Assembly: GCA_963721455.1 (NCBI GenBank)
Contig: CAVRJG010000044.1
Location: forward strand, 1-64,000
Reading direction: 5' to 3'
Length of the DNA stretch: 64,000 nucleotides
Origin: an uncultured Methanosarcinaceae archaeon
GTDB taxonomy: Archaea; Halobacteriota; Methanosarcinia; Methanosarcinales; Methanosarcinaceae
The notes beneath the pieces are model-generated. The model was not told where the DNA came from, did no database searches, and saw only the letters and a program-made list of their open reading frames with translations. Shown piece by piece: positions 44,551 through 53,347 of the stretch (within the stretch, counting starts at the first letter, position 1; every line of letters starts with the position of its first letter). The translations under genes were made by a program, and so were the position numbers.

Positions 44551-45995
44551 CATTGGTCATCGGTTAAGAACTTACTTCAATCTACCAATAGTGTTTTTCA
44601 GTTCATCTTTTCATTCTAACCATTCTTCTCTGAACCTTTCTCTGTTTACATGTGGATCCAATGCTTGACTTTCGTACACACTCATCACTGTTTCAAAAGT
44701 TCTTTCAATTCCACATCTATGCAGAATCACTGTCAATAAATCTGATGCATTTTCAGCAAATATTATGCTCCATCTCTCTTGAGTATATCGAACCATTTTT
44801 TCAGGATGAGCCGTATTGTTCTTTACAAGAGAATAAATTCTTCTGCTAACGATTAATGTCAACATTGCTGTCCATATTAGAGCCTCAATTACCTGCACAT
44901 TCTTTGTATCCAGAACGTCAAGCGCGTATTTGCTTTTTAACTCCTTGAAAAGCAGCTCTATGTCCCATCTTGCTCCATATAATTTTGCAATGTCTTTTGC
45001 ACTCAAAACATCTTTCTGAATATTTGTAATGTATATGTGGTGCTTTTCATCTTCATCATTATATACCGCAACAAGACGTACACACATCTCATCCTGTTTT
45101 TGCTTGCCTTTGTATGCTCTTCTTTTAAACTTTATTTTCACAACAGCATCAAGATCTTTTCCTGAAAGTTGCTTAATACACTCACTAACAGGTTTTCCAG
45201 TGAACTCTTTGCTTTTTGTCTTAGAAAGTCCCTCTTCAACAGAAACAAGAATAGGATCCATATTCTTCCTAATTCTTGAGACAAAATATCCTCCATTTTC
45301 CTCAACTCTTGCAAACATTTGGCTTTTGTAAAAACCAAGATCAACAAGAAGAATACGGTCTTTGATCCAGGGCCCTATTTTCAATGTTTTCATTTCAGCT
45401 GTTTTTTCAGAGTACAGAGCAACTGTTTTAGGTCCATTAGCAACTGCACTTACCATAACTCCCACTTTTACTCCAGCAGCTACTGTTCTTGCTCTTGCTG
45501 CCGGAAACTTGTCTGATAAAGAGGAGTGAAGACGAACAATTGTGCTGTCCTGAATGAGAACATCCTGGAAGTTTTCGAGTTTTTTACTAAGTTTTCTACC
45601 GGGTTCTTTTGCAAGTTCTTCTATGCCATGAATAACACACTGATGAAGAAACTCCACAAGTTCTGGAGTGAATCTATAGTACCAGCTGCTGTCGCTTAGG
45701 GTCTTATTTGATTCTTTTTCATATTCTCTTTTCAAACTGGCAAGTGTACGCTGCAAGCGTACACCAAAACTGAGAGTTAAAACCCAAAAGATGATGACAG
45801 GGTCAATTTTACGCTCACGTACTATGAGACCAGTTTCTTTGGCAGTTTGCCTTAACCACTCTTCGGGAAACATTTCCCGAAGAGAGTCTTCAAGAGTAGG
45901 TGGGGGATGAGGAGACATATATACACTAATATTTAAATTATTATTATAAAAACGCATGTAGAAGTGATTATCTAATGCTTAACCGATGACGCATG
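44551..45995 (-). mobile_element. Complete IS4-family (ISH8-like) insertion sequence
   Basis: 18-bp terminal IRs CATTGGTCATCGGTTAAG / CTTAACCGATGACGCATG; 10-bp target duplication AAGTAACACA (44541-50, 45996-46005). Confidence 0.92.
44611..45918 (-). CDS. IS4-family DDE transposase
   Basis: QDST, VDLGF, YGARWDIELLFKELK (YREK signature). Confidence 0.93.
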   Translation of the reverse strand: MSPHPPPTLEDSLREMFPEEWLRQTAKETGLIVRERKIDPVIIFWVLTLSFGVRLQRTLASLKREYEKESNKTLSDSSWYYRFTPELVEFLHQCVIHGIEELAKEPGRKLSKKLENFQDVLIQDSTIVRLHSSLSDKFPAARARTVAAGVKVGVMVSAVANGPKTVALYSEKTAEMKTLKIGPWIKDRILLVDLGFYKSQMFARVEENGGYFVSRIRKNMDPILVSVEEGLSKTKSKEFTGKPVSECIKQLSGKDLDAVVKIKFKRRAYKGKQKQDEMCVRLVAVYNDEDEKHHIYITNIQKDVLSAKDIAKLYGARWDIELLFKELKSKYALDVLDTKNVQVIEALIWTAMLTLIVSRRIYSLVKNNTAHPEKMVRYTQERWSIIFAENASDLLTVILHRCGIERTFETVMSVYESQALDPHVNRERFREEWLE

Positions 45996-46170
45996 AAGTA
46001 ACACATTATTATTTTGGAGCAAAATCGATGGGAATGCTTATGAAAATGGCAAAGTACAGTGTAAAAATGGGCTTAAGTTATTTCGCGGTGGGTACTTAGC
46101 AGCAATAATAAGGTTAAATCAAGTTTTGGGACGAGCTAAGTAGATAAACACCCGATGTTAACTGAGGAAT

Positions 46171-46239
46171 TTACGCTTTACTCAATTCTTGCTGTACTGA
46201 CATTCTCATAATAGGTTTTGCCTGCGTTGGTAATTTCAT
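46171..46239 (-). pseudogene. RiPP precursor remnant P10
   Basis: MKLPTQAKPIMR leader, then a frameshift and stop; shifted frame VSTARIE* resembles the P6/P9 leaders. Confidence 0.7.
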
Positions 46240-46479
46240 AACAATTTCTCCTAGTTTTGACTCCTGGTCACCATGAGGCACCCAGATTTTTGGCTGCCCA
46301 AAAAATGAGTGTTTAGATAGCTTGCAGTTGGTCCGGTCGTAGCTATTCATGGCCATAAGCAGTCAATTTCATCAAATTTACCAAATAATCTTGTACATAT
46401 ATCATGCTTTTTAGCATGGACTTCTGCCCCAGATTACATCGTATTAAATCACAAGTTGTCTGTACTGCAGAATTCGATA

Positions 46480-46644
46480 TTAGAGAATCCCGCACAGAGC
46501 CTGGCAAACAGCCTTTGCAGTAGAATTTGGTATTAGGTTGCAACTTGTTTCGCAAAGACCGCCGCCAGACTGACTGACTCTTGCCTCGATACTCGCCGTA
46601 CTGCTCTTTCTCATAACAGATTTTGCTTGTTTTGGTAATTTCAT
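46480..46644 (-). CDS. RiPP precursor P9 (54 aa, CX3C-X11-CX3C core)
   Basis: MKLPKQAKSVMRKSSTASIEARVSQS-GGGLCETSCNLIPNSTAKAVCQALCGIL*; GGAGG RBS. Confidence 0.85.
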   Translation of the reverse strand: MKLPKQAKSVMRKSSTASIEARVSQSGGGLCETSCNLIPNSTAKAVCQALCGIL

Positions 46645-46945
46645 AAATACTTCCTCCGTATTTCTTTTCGTTTATTTTCCGTAAAGGGAGCTATTCTGCC
46701 GCCATGAAAATCCATATTTTGAACTGCGAAAAAATGAGGATTTGAATAGCTTGCAACCGGACAAGTCGTAGCTATCCCTCACCTCTAGCAGTCCATTTCA
46801 TATTTATGCTAAATAATCAGTGGCGGATTTCATGCTAAAAAACACGAACTTATACCATTCACTTCCTTGCATTAGGACCAGCCGCAAGTGAGTAATTTTC
46901 TGTTAATTTTTTAACTGATCCGGCTGCAAACCGCTAAGTATTGCC

Positions 46946-47122
46946 TTATGCACACACACCTTGACAATGTCCTTGAATGCAGAAACCAATGCATGTATGT
47001 TTACATCCACAACTTTGATCCGATGGAATGATGCTCCCAGTTGTAGTAACTTCTCGGCTATGCGTCGCACTTCTTATAACAGGTCTTGCTTGCTTTGGTA
47101 ATTTCCTAACAAACTCCTCCAT
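46946..47122 (-). CDS. RiPP precursor P8 (6-Cys; usual ATG changed to AGG, in-frame ATG 5 codons upstream)
   Basis: MEEFV-RKLPKQARPVIRSATHSREVTTTGSIIPS-DQSCGCKHTCIGFCIQGHCQGVCA*. Confidence 0.75.
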   Translation of the reverse strand: MEEFVRKLPKQARPVIRSATHSREVTTTGSIIPSDQSCGCKHTCIGFCIQGHCQGVCA

Positions 47123-47132
47123 ATCTCATCAT

Positions 47133-47312
47133 TTAGATGACCTTACAGCCGCCACGGCAATAAAATCCACCAATACAATTGCCCGGAGGACAATAAGTTC
47201 CTAATAAACAGCCACAGCTTAAGGGCAATTTAGAGGACGCGATAAGTCCAATTGTTTGCCCGTTATGCGCCGCAGTCCTCATAATAGGTTTTGCTTGTTT
47301 AGGCAGTTTCAT
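47133..47312 (-). CDS. RiPP precursor P7 (59 aa, 6-Cys)
   Basis: MKLPKQAKPIMRTAAHNGQTIGLIASS-KLPLSCGCLLGTYCPPGNCIGGFYCRGGCKVI*; AGGAGG RBS. Confidence 0.87.
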   Translation of the reverse strand: MKLPKQAKPIMRTAAHNGQTIGLIASSKLPLSCGCLLGTYCPPGNCIGGFYCRGGCKVI

Positions 47313-47592
47313 AAAGACTTCCTCCTTAATTTTGACTTCTTGCCGCCATGAGGCACCCATATTTTGGGCTACTCAAAAAAATATTTAGATAGCTTGCAAC
47401 CGGACCGGTAGTAGTTATCCATAACTTAGGCAGTCTATTTCATCATATTTGCCAAATAATCAGTCGCGTATACCCGTGCTAAAAAGCACGAACTGCCACC
47501 ACTCACTTTGCTTGCATTAGGACCAGCCGCAAGTGTAGTCATATTCTGTAAATCCTTTAGCTGATCCGGCATGCAAGCCGTTAAGTTGTGCC

Positions 47593-47751
47593 TTAATACC
47601 CTGATTTGCACATCGCCAAGCACGTACTCCACGCAACTCCTCGCAGTTTGTTGCAGCGCTCTTGGCAATCATCAGACTGACCGACTCCGGCCCCTATTTT
47701 TGCCGTACTGGCCTTTCTCATAACAGGTTTTGCCCGTGTTGGTAGTCTCAT
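47593..47751 (-). CDS. RiPP precursor P6 (52 aa, CX3C-X10-CX3C core)
   Basis: MRLPTRAKPVMRKASTAKIGAGVGQS-DDCQERCNKLRGVAWSTCLAMCKSGY*. Confidence 0.85.
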   Translation of the reverse strand: MRLPTRAKPVMRKASTAKIGAGVGQSDDCQERCNKLRGVAWSTCLAMCKSGY

Positions 47752-47766
47752 AAAAATTCCTCTTTA

Positions 47767-47886
47767 GTGCCCGCAACGAAATAACCTATGCAACTTATTA
47801 TTTATTGAAACTTTGATTAGCTATCTTGATCTTGAAAATCAAGATATCCAATCAAAAATATGCAGATGTTGTTTTGTGACAAGTCC
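47767..47886. mobile_element. 120-bp MITE (same family as 44520) just upstream of the P6 RBS
   Basis: GTGCCCGCAACGAAATAACCTATGC ... GCAGATGTTGTTTTGTGACAAGTCC; TTA on both sides. Confidence 0.65.
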
Positions 47887-48083
47887 TTAGTTCTGGCTTC
47901 TGACCGCCATAAAACGTCCACATTTTGGGCTGCCCAAAAAATGAGGGCTTGGATAGCTTTTAGCCTGTCTGGCCGCACCCTATCCATAACTTCTAAGCAG
48001 CGCTCCCCTCAAAATAAGGTGCAGGTTCCGTGCCCCCAAGGCCGAACATCTGCCCCCATCCTACGTTTGTTTAGCTCGGCTTA

Positions 48084-48269
48084 TCAGGTACCTACGACCT
48101 TGCAGCCACCAGGGCATCTAAGCCCTACACAACCACCCGGACAATATGTACCCACAATTCCTGGCAAACAGCACGTGTCTATGAGTCCCGAGGGTGTGAT
48201 GCTCACAATGGTTTGCCCGCTGTACACCGCATTCCTCATAACAGGTCTTGCTTGCTTTGGTAATTTCAT
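48084..48269 (-). CDS. RiPP precursor P5 (61 aa, 6-Cys)
   Basis: MKLPKQARPVMRNAVYSGQTIVSITPS-GLIDTCCLPGIVGTYCPGGCVGLRCPGGCKVVGT*. Confidence 0.87.
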   Translation of the reverse strand: MKLPKQARPVMRNAVYSGQTIVSITPSGLIDTCCLPGIVGTYCPGGCVGLRCPGGCKVVGT

Positions 48270-48284
48270 GACAATTTCCTCCTA

Positions 48285-48387
48285 GTGCATCGATTCCAAA
48301 ATAAGTCCCTTGTTTAGAGGGAAATTAGTTAATCAACAGACAAATCAAAAACCAAGGTTTTATGAACATACTTTGGAATCGCAGCAC
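48285..48387. mobile_element. 103-bp MITE with TA duplication just upstream of the P5 RBS
   Basis: IRs GTGCATCGATTCCAAAATA / TACTTTGGAATCGCAGCAC; TA flanks. Confidence 0.7.
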
Positions 48388-48566
48388 TAGTTCTGACTTC
48401 TGGCCGCCATGAGGCAACCATATTTTTGGCTTCCCAATAAATGAGGTTTTGGATAGCTTGCAGCCGGTCTGGCCTCAACCCATCCATAACTTCTAAGCAG
48501 TGTTCTTCCTCAAAATGAGGGGGTTCCATGCCCCCAAGTCCGAACACCGGTCTCATGCTACGATGT

Positions 48567-48752
48567 TTATCTCGGCGGTACGAGGGGCACACAAGCAAGG
48601 CATTTTCCATTAAAACATAAACCTGGGGGACAATACGTACCCAATAAACAGCCACAATTATAGGGCCAATTCGAGGGCATGATATGCCCACCTGTTTGCC
48701 TGCTATGCGCCACATTCCGAAGAACAGGTTTTGCTTGCTTTGGTAATTTCAT
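48567..48752 (-). CDS. RiPP precursor P4 (61 aa, 6-Cys)
   Basis: MKLPKQAKPVLRNVAHSRQTGGHIMPS-NWPYNCGCLLGTYCPPGLCFNGKCLACVPLVPPR*. Confidence 0.87.
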   Translation of the reverse strand: MKLPKQAKPVLRNVAHSRQTGGHIMPSNWPYNCGCLLGTYCPPGLCFNGKCLACVPLVPPR

Positions 48753-48779
48753 AAAGATGTCCTCCATCTCTCTTTTCTT

Positions 48780-48959
48780 TCAGATGACCTTACAGCCGCC
48801 ACGGCAATAAAATCCACCAATACAATTGCCAGGAGGACAATACGTACCCAATAAACAGCCACAACTTAGGGCCAATTCCGAGAGCATGATATGTCCAATT
48901 GTTTGCCCACTATGAGCTGCATTCCTCAGAACAGGTTTTGCTTGTTTTGGTAATTTCAT
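48780..48959 (-). CDS. RiPP precursor P3 (59 aa, 6-Cys)
   Basis: MKLPKQAKPVLRNAAHSGQTIGHIMLS-ELALSCGCLLGTYCPPGNCIGGFYCRGGCKVI*. Confidence 0.87.
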   Translation of the reverse strand: MKLPKQAKPVLRNAAHSGQTIGHIMLSELALSCGCLLGTYCPPGNCIGGFYCRGGCKVI

Positions 48960-49264
48960 AGAAATTTCTCCTTAGTTCTGACTTCTGGTTGACATGAAGC
49001 ACCCACATTTTTGCCACCCAAAAAAGTGAGTATTTGGATAGCTTGCAACCGGATAGGTCTTAGCCATCCATCACCTCTAAGCAGCTTACTTAAATTATAG
49101 GCATCTCATACATCCGACATTCTTTGTTTTTTGTGCGTACCAGTGCCTATGCAGGCGTTGGGGCAGCCACACGATGAAGAAGTGACTCTTGCCTCATTTC
49201 CGTTGTATCGACCTTTCGGATAACACACTTGTGACATACCCAACGTGAACCATTAAGTAGTGCC

Positions 49265-49432
49265 TTATATACACACACCTTGACAATGTCCGCTAATGCA
49301 TAGACCAATGCACTTACTCTTACAACCACAATACAATGGCTCATCTGATGGAATGATGCCCCCAGTTGTAGTAATTTCTCGGCTATACATCGCATTTCTC
49401 ATAACAGGTTTTGCTTGCTTTGGTAATTTCAT
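49265..49432 (-). CDS. RiPP precursor P2 (55 aa, 6-Cys)
   Basis: MKLPKQAKPVMRNAMYSREITTTGGIIPS-DEPLYCGCKSKCIGLCISGHCQGVCI*. Confidence 0.87.
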   Translation of the reverse strand: MKLPKQAKPVMRNAMYSREITTTGGIIPSDEPLYCGCKSKCIGLCISGHCQGVCI

Positions 49433-49562
49433 AACAATTTCCTCCGAGTTCTGACTTCTGGTCACCATAAAGCGTCCACATTTTAGGCGGCCCAAAAAAT
49501 GAGAGCTTGGATAGCTTGCAACCGGTCTGGACGCAACCCATCCATCACTTTAAGCTGCTTCC

Positions 49563-49739
49563 TCAAATTGGTAAACAAACACCAGCGCACTGCTTTCCAA
49601 CAAATGGTATATTTATACAAGCACCTATACAATTTGTACCAGATGGGCAGTTGCAATCTGAGGGGGTGATGCCCCCAGTGATTTGTCCGCTGTGCACCGC
49701 ATTTCTCATAACAGGTTTGGTTTGCTTTGGTAATTTCAT
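49563..49739 (-). CDS. RiPP precursor P1 (58 aa, 6-Cys)
   Basis: MKLPKQTKPVMRNAVHSGQITGGITPS-DCNCPSGTNCIGACINIPFVGKQCAGVCLPI*; GGAGG RBS. Confidence 0.87.
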   Translation of the reverse strand: MKLPKQTKPVMRNAVHSGQITGGITPSDCNCPSGTNCIGACINIPFVGKQCAGVCLPI

Positions 49740-49933
49740 AACAAATTCCTCCGTGTCTCTTTTCGTTTATTTCCCGTAAAGGGAGCTATTCTATCGCCAC
49801 ACAGGCGACGATTTGGAACAAATTGTCCCTGCTCATTATCACCGTCCTCATCATAGTGACAATGATTGCAAATTCGTGAGTGCCACCAAAGGTGACGAAA
49901 TCCTTTGGTGGCACGTAATCAAATAGCTCCGGC

Positions 49934-52121
49934 TTAGTACACCGACCAGAACCGTACCTTTCCAACTGTAACAGGCACCACGTCACTCACATCGATGGTA
50001 AAACGATACACCTTTCTGGCGACAGTAAGACGATTGGCCGGGTCGAAGAACGTCAGCTTCACATCCCAGCAATCCGAATCTGGCCTGCAGAGCAGGGCTT
50101 CGTTCCGTCTCAATATTATCCAGCGTCAGGTTCTCGATAGCCATTTGCTTAAAGATGGACGCCGGCTGGTACGCGTTTGTCCCGGCAAAATTCATTGCCC
50201 GCTCCTGTGAAGCCCGGCCCAGGTTCATTAACTCGTAATACACCCTCTCCGAGAAGTTACGAACACCTGCTTCCACTTGTGCTTTCATCTCTAAGTGTGC
50301 CGCCAGTTCTATTTCATCGTTACTTTCAGGCAACGGGCCGATCACAGCAAGTACCACTTCATGTACCAAGGCGTCTGTAGACCAGCTGCACATCCCCCTC
50401 AACTCCGGAATAATGACTGGCACCACCTGACCCGAAAGGAGTTTTACTTTTCCTGCAATGACCCCTGGAATTGACACTCTCTCAACCCCTTCGGTCTGTT
50501 GTTCCTTCAGAAATTTGCTTAGCTGCTTGTAAGTGATTGAGGCAAAACTGCCTATAGGACGGATTGCATAAACAGGATTACTCTCAATCTCGAGAGTCCA
50601 TATAAGGGACTCCGCATACTCGGGATTTTCCTCAAGGTGGGTCAGCAGTTGAGCTGGGTCGTCTGGGTTAGGCCAATCGCCCTCCATGCTCTGGACAAAA
50701 GCATCTCGCCTCGCCTCGCTCCCGAAGTCGTAACCAAGTGTGCCAAGGGCATATACCAGGGACTGTTTTCCACACGTAGAACACGCAGATGGAGGGACTT
50801 CCGAGGGCATGACAGACGGTGTAGTTGCCTCGTTTGGCATTGTTGATTCCGCCGCTTGTACATCAGATGCATGTACATGGGACCCTGTAATTCCAGTACC
50901 ATCACTTGTTTGGTCGTTAAGCTCGTTCATTTCCTCAGTCTTTGTCTGCTTTTTTGGACAACCACATGTTTTGTCTATAACTTCAGCCATATTCTTCTCC
51001 TGTATCTGGTTTTTCGTTTGTTCGTTCTTCTCTTTATCTATCGACTTTAGCTCAATAGAATCAGGATTTTCCAGAGCTTTCATTGCGTCCAAAGTAAAAT
51101 TCTGAGCCGAGGGTGTTGTTATCTCTGGATTATGTGTTGTAAACTCCGCATTCAGCACGCCAAGAACAGGCAGTCGTTTGGAAGATTCCACCAGTCCTAT
51201 GCTTGCATTTCCCTGAATTTGTTGTACCGAATTATTACTATCAGTCACAGCTAGCTGTTTCTTCGTGACAAGATTATATGCCCCTCCAATGTTGAGACGA
51301 CCTCTTAGATGGCGAGAACAATCTAAACCTTCGGATGGAAAACAAGGGTGAGCACTCTGGAGAATTGCTTCCCGCACGGTGAAAGGGTCAGTTTTGTCTC
51401 CTCTTTGTATCTGGATGCTCAACAACAAAGCAACAATACCAGAAACGATCGGAGTGGCAAAGCTGGTACCGCTTTTGGTGGTAACACCGCCACCAGGTAC
51501 AGCTCCCAGTAATTTTTCACCAAGTGCGAGAATACCATTATTTTGGTACGCCTGCCCCCAATTACTAAAGTTGAGAGGTAATCCCTGAGCATCCATTGCC
51601 CCTACCGCGAGGGTAGAGGAAATGGCGGCTGGCACATGGAGGCATTGACATCCGTCATTTCCCACAGCTGCAATGATTAAAACGCCGTTTTTGGCGCAGA
51701 GACTAACAGCCTTGTCAAGTAGAGGGTGAGGGTCGCCAGAGGAAACAAGTTGACCGCCACTGATGTTTATTACATGAGCTCCTTGTTCAACAGCTTGTGT
51801 GATGGCGTGAGCGAGATCAATCTGAGAACAGGGCGTAATTGAATCATCAGGCCCATCCGCAAAAACAGGAATGATGAGTCCACGACAGCCGGGCGAAATA
51901 CCATGGATAGGGCTGTCATGTTGGCCAAAGATTAAGCTGGCAACATGAGTTCCGTGGTGCGCACTTGGCCCATCCTCGGTAACGCCTGAAACTAAAGTCT
52001 CTAATTGGGTTATTTTGGCTTTATCGAAACAGGGATGATTTAGGTCGACCGGACCATCAAGGACTGCAATGCAAATATTGGCATCTCCTTCAGTCTGCTC
52101 CATAATCTCTGTTGCCTTCAT
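49934..52121 (-). CDS. PatA/PatG-family cyanobactin-maturation-type subtilisin protease (S8 + linker + PatG-type C-terminal domain), +1 frameshift near 50093
   Basis: IAVLDGPVDLNHPCF (Asp), HGTHVASLIFGQ (His), SGTSFATP (Ser), CSQIDLA, LVYALGTLGYDFGSEARRD. The shifted frame restores SP.CRPDSDCWDVKLTFFDP...VYRFTIDVSDVVPVTVGKVRFWSVY*. Confidence 0.9.
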
Positions 52122-52215
52122 GATAAACACCTAAAATTTTTACATTGACTGTGTAAATCTCACATCAATTTTTTGCTGTAGATTGTACTCAAACAGAATA
52201 CGCAGATAAAAATAG

Positions 52216-52248
52216 GTTATCCAGATAACGTATGTGTAGGATACACAT
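52216..52248. promoter_or_regulatory. Tandem palindromes upstream of the protease operon
   Basis: GTTATC-CA-GATAAC and ATGTGTA-GGA-TACACAT; repeated at 54393-54425. Confidence 0.6.
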
Positions 52249-52448
52249 ATCCTTTTAAAATGCAGATGAAAAAAGTAATGAATTTAGTCTCATAGTAATT
52301 TTTTACTGGGTACTGTGATAGAATAAAATACTTAAGTACAAATAAGTAATGCAGATAATGTACATTTAGTATGCGTATAATTCGCTTGATATACGTATTG
52401 AAAGAATAACGAGTTTAAGAAGAAAGATGAAATTACAGAAGATAATAT

Positions 52449-53017
52449 TTGAATACCCGCCGAATTTCTACCACAATCTCGCAGAAACATTGGGAACTAT
52501 TAAAAAAAACACTCCGAAAAATATGAAACATAGCAAAAAGCCCTGGAACTTGCACTGGAAAATCTGGAAAAATAGCTCAAGAATGATTCCATAATTAACC
52601 CTGGAAGAAAAATATTGGATACGCCTTAAACCGGCAAAATCACTGGTTATCATCGAAAAAACTGCCTTTAAATATCTAATAGAAACTACTGATATTGAGC
52701 TGTTAGAGGAGCTTTTTCTCAGGGATAAAACCATAGAATATACAATAGAGCTCTACTTTCAAAAGTCTCTTAAGGAATGTAATCTAAAAGAAGTTATAGA
52801 TGGGCTAGTCATCAATCTCAAAATAACTAACTGGGTTGATACTATAGATTATACAGATTATGGCAGCCATTATAAGCTGATAATAACCTATGATCTTGGC
52901 ATTAGTTTTGCCAAACTAGTTACAATATGGATTGAAAACATGTTTACAGCTTATGGGGTCAAGACGGATAGCACATATTCTACAAAGACGATTTTCATGA
53001 AAATACTTAAAAATTAG
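52449..53017 (+). pseudogene. Inactivated paralog of the 54625 putative regulator
   Basis: Closely similar to 54625-55191, with an extra A in the poly-A run near 52505 and CAG>TAG. Confidence 0.8.
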
Positions 53018-53030
53018 CAATTGGTAACCT

Positions 53031-53347
53031 CAGTACTTCTCTAAATTTGAGTTCCTTGGATCTATGAAAGTTTCCGATAGCATTATATGCGGTAAAAACG
53101 TCACCTTATATTATTTCTACCATACAATTCACGGAGCGATTCTAAACTCGAATTAAGACCAAAAGAGTGTATTAATACTGTTCTAAAACCTCTAACTGAT
53201 AATATCAGCATCCAGATCAATGGTTCACTTACCTATAAAGATCTGCTTTATACCGTCGTATGCATGGCAGTAAACAATAGTTCGGTTCATTCAATTTCAA
53301 AACACTATCAAGAGATTCCATGTGAAACCTCAATAAGATATCATCTT
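53031..53347 (+). mobile_element. Truncated ISH3-like element (5' transposase fragment)
   Basis: SKLELRPKECINTVLKPL...INGSLTYKDL...IPCETSIRYHL, cut at 53347 by a MITE. Confidence 0.6.

Larger units (their letters stand above)
44520..46095. mobile_element. ~120-bp MITE (CGAAATAACYTAAG ends, TTA target) interrupted by the IS4 element
   Basis: Left end GGGCTCGTAACGAAATAACCTAAG, right end CTTAAGTTATTTCGCGGTGGGTAC, TTA on both flanks. Confidence 0.65.
46252..49556 (-). repeat. Seven copies of a ~110-bp conserved inter-precursor element (about 46252-46362, 46694-46791, 47326-47433, 47887-48000, 48388-48500, 48972-49084, 49446-49556)
   Basis: Shared + strand consensus TTCTGACTTCTGGCCGCCATGA..CAC..ATTTTTGGCTGCCCAAAAAATGAG..TTGGATAGCTTGCAACCGG...C(T/C)ATCC..AAC.TCTAAGCAG. 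Confidence 0.88.

Noticed and set aside
47133-49495. Longer ORF-track starts for the precursors (47360, 48767, 49495) and spacer ORFs such as 47435-47668 and 48329-48715
   Set aside because: The RBS sits directly before the conserved MKLP start. The extensions and spacer ORFs run through non-coding repeats or MITEs.
46252-49556. Repeat-spacer pattern as a CRISPR array or integron
   Set aside because: Repeats are ~110 bp and divergent, and the 'spacers' are homologous ORFs. There are no cas genes, no integrase and no clear attC RYYYAAC/GTTRRRY ends.
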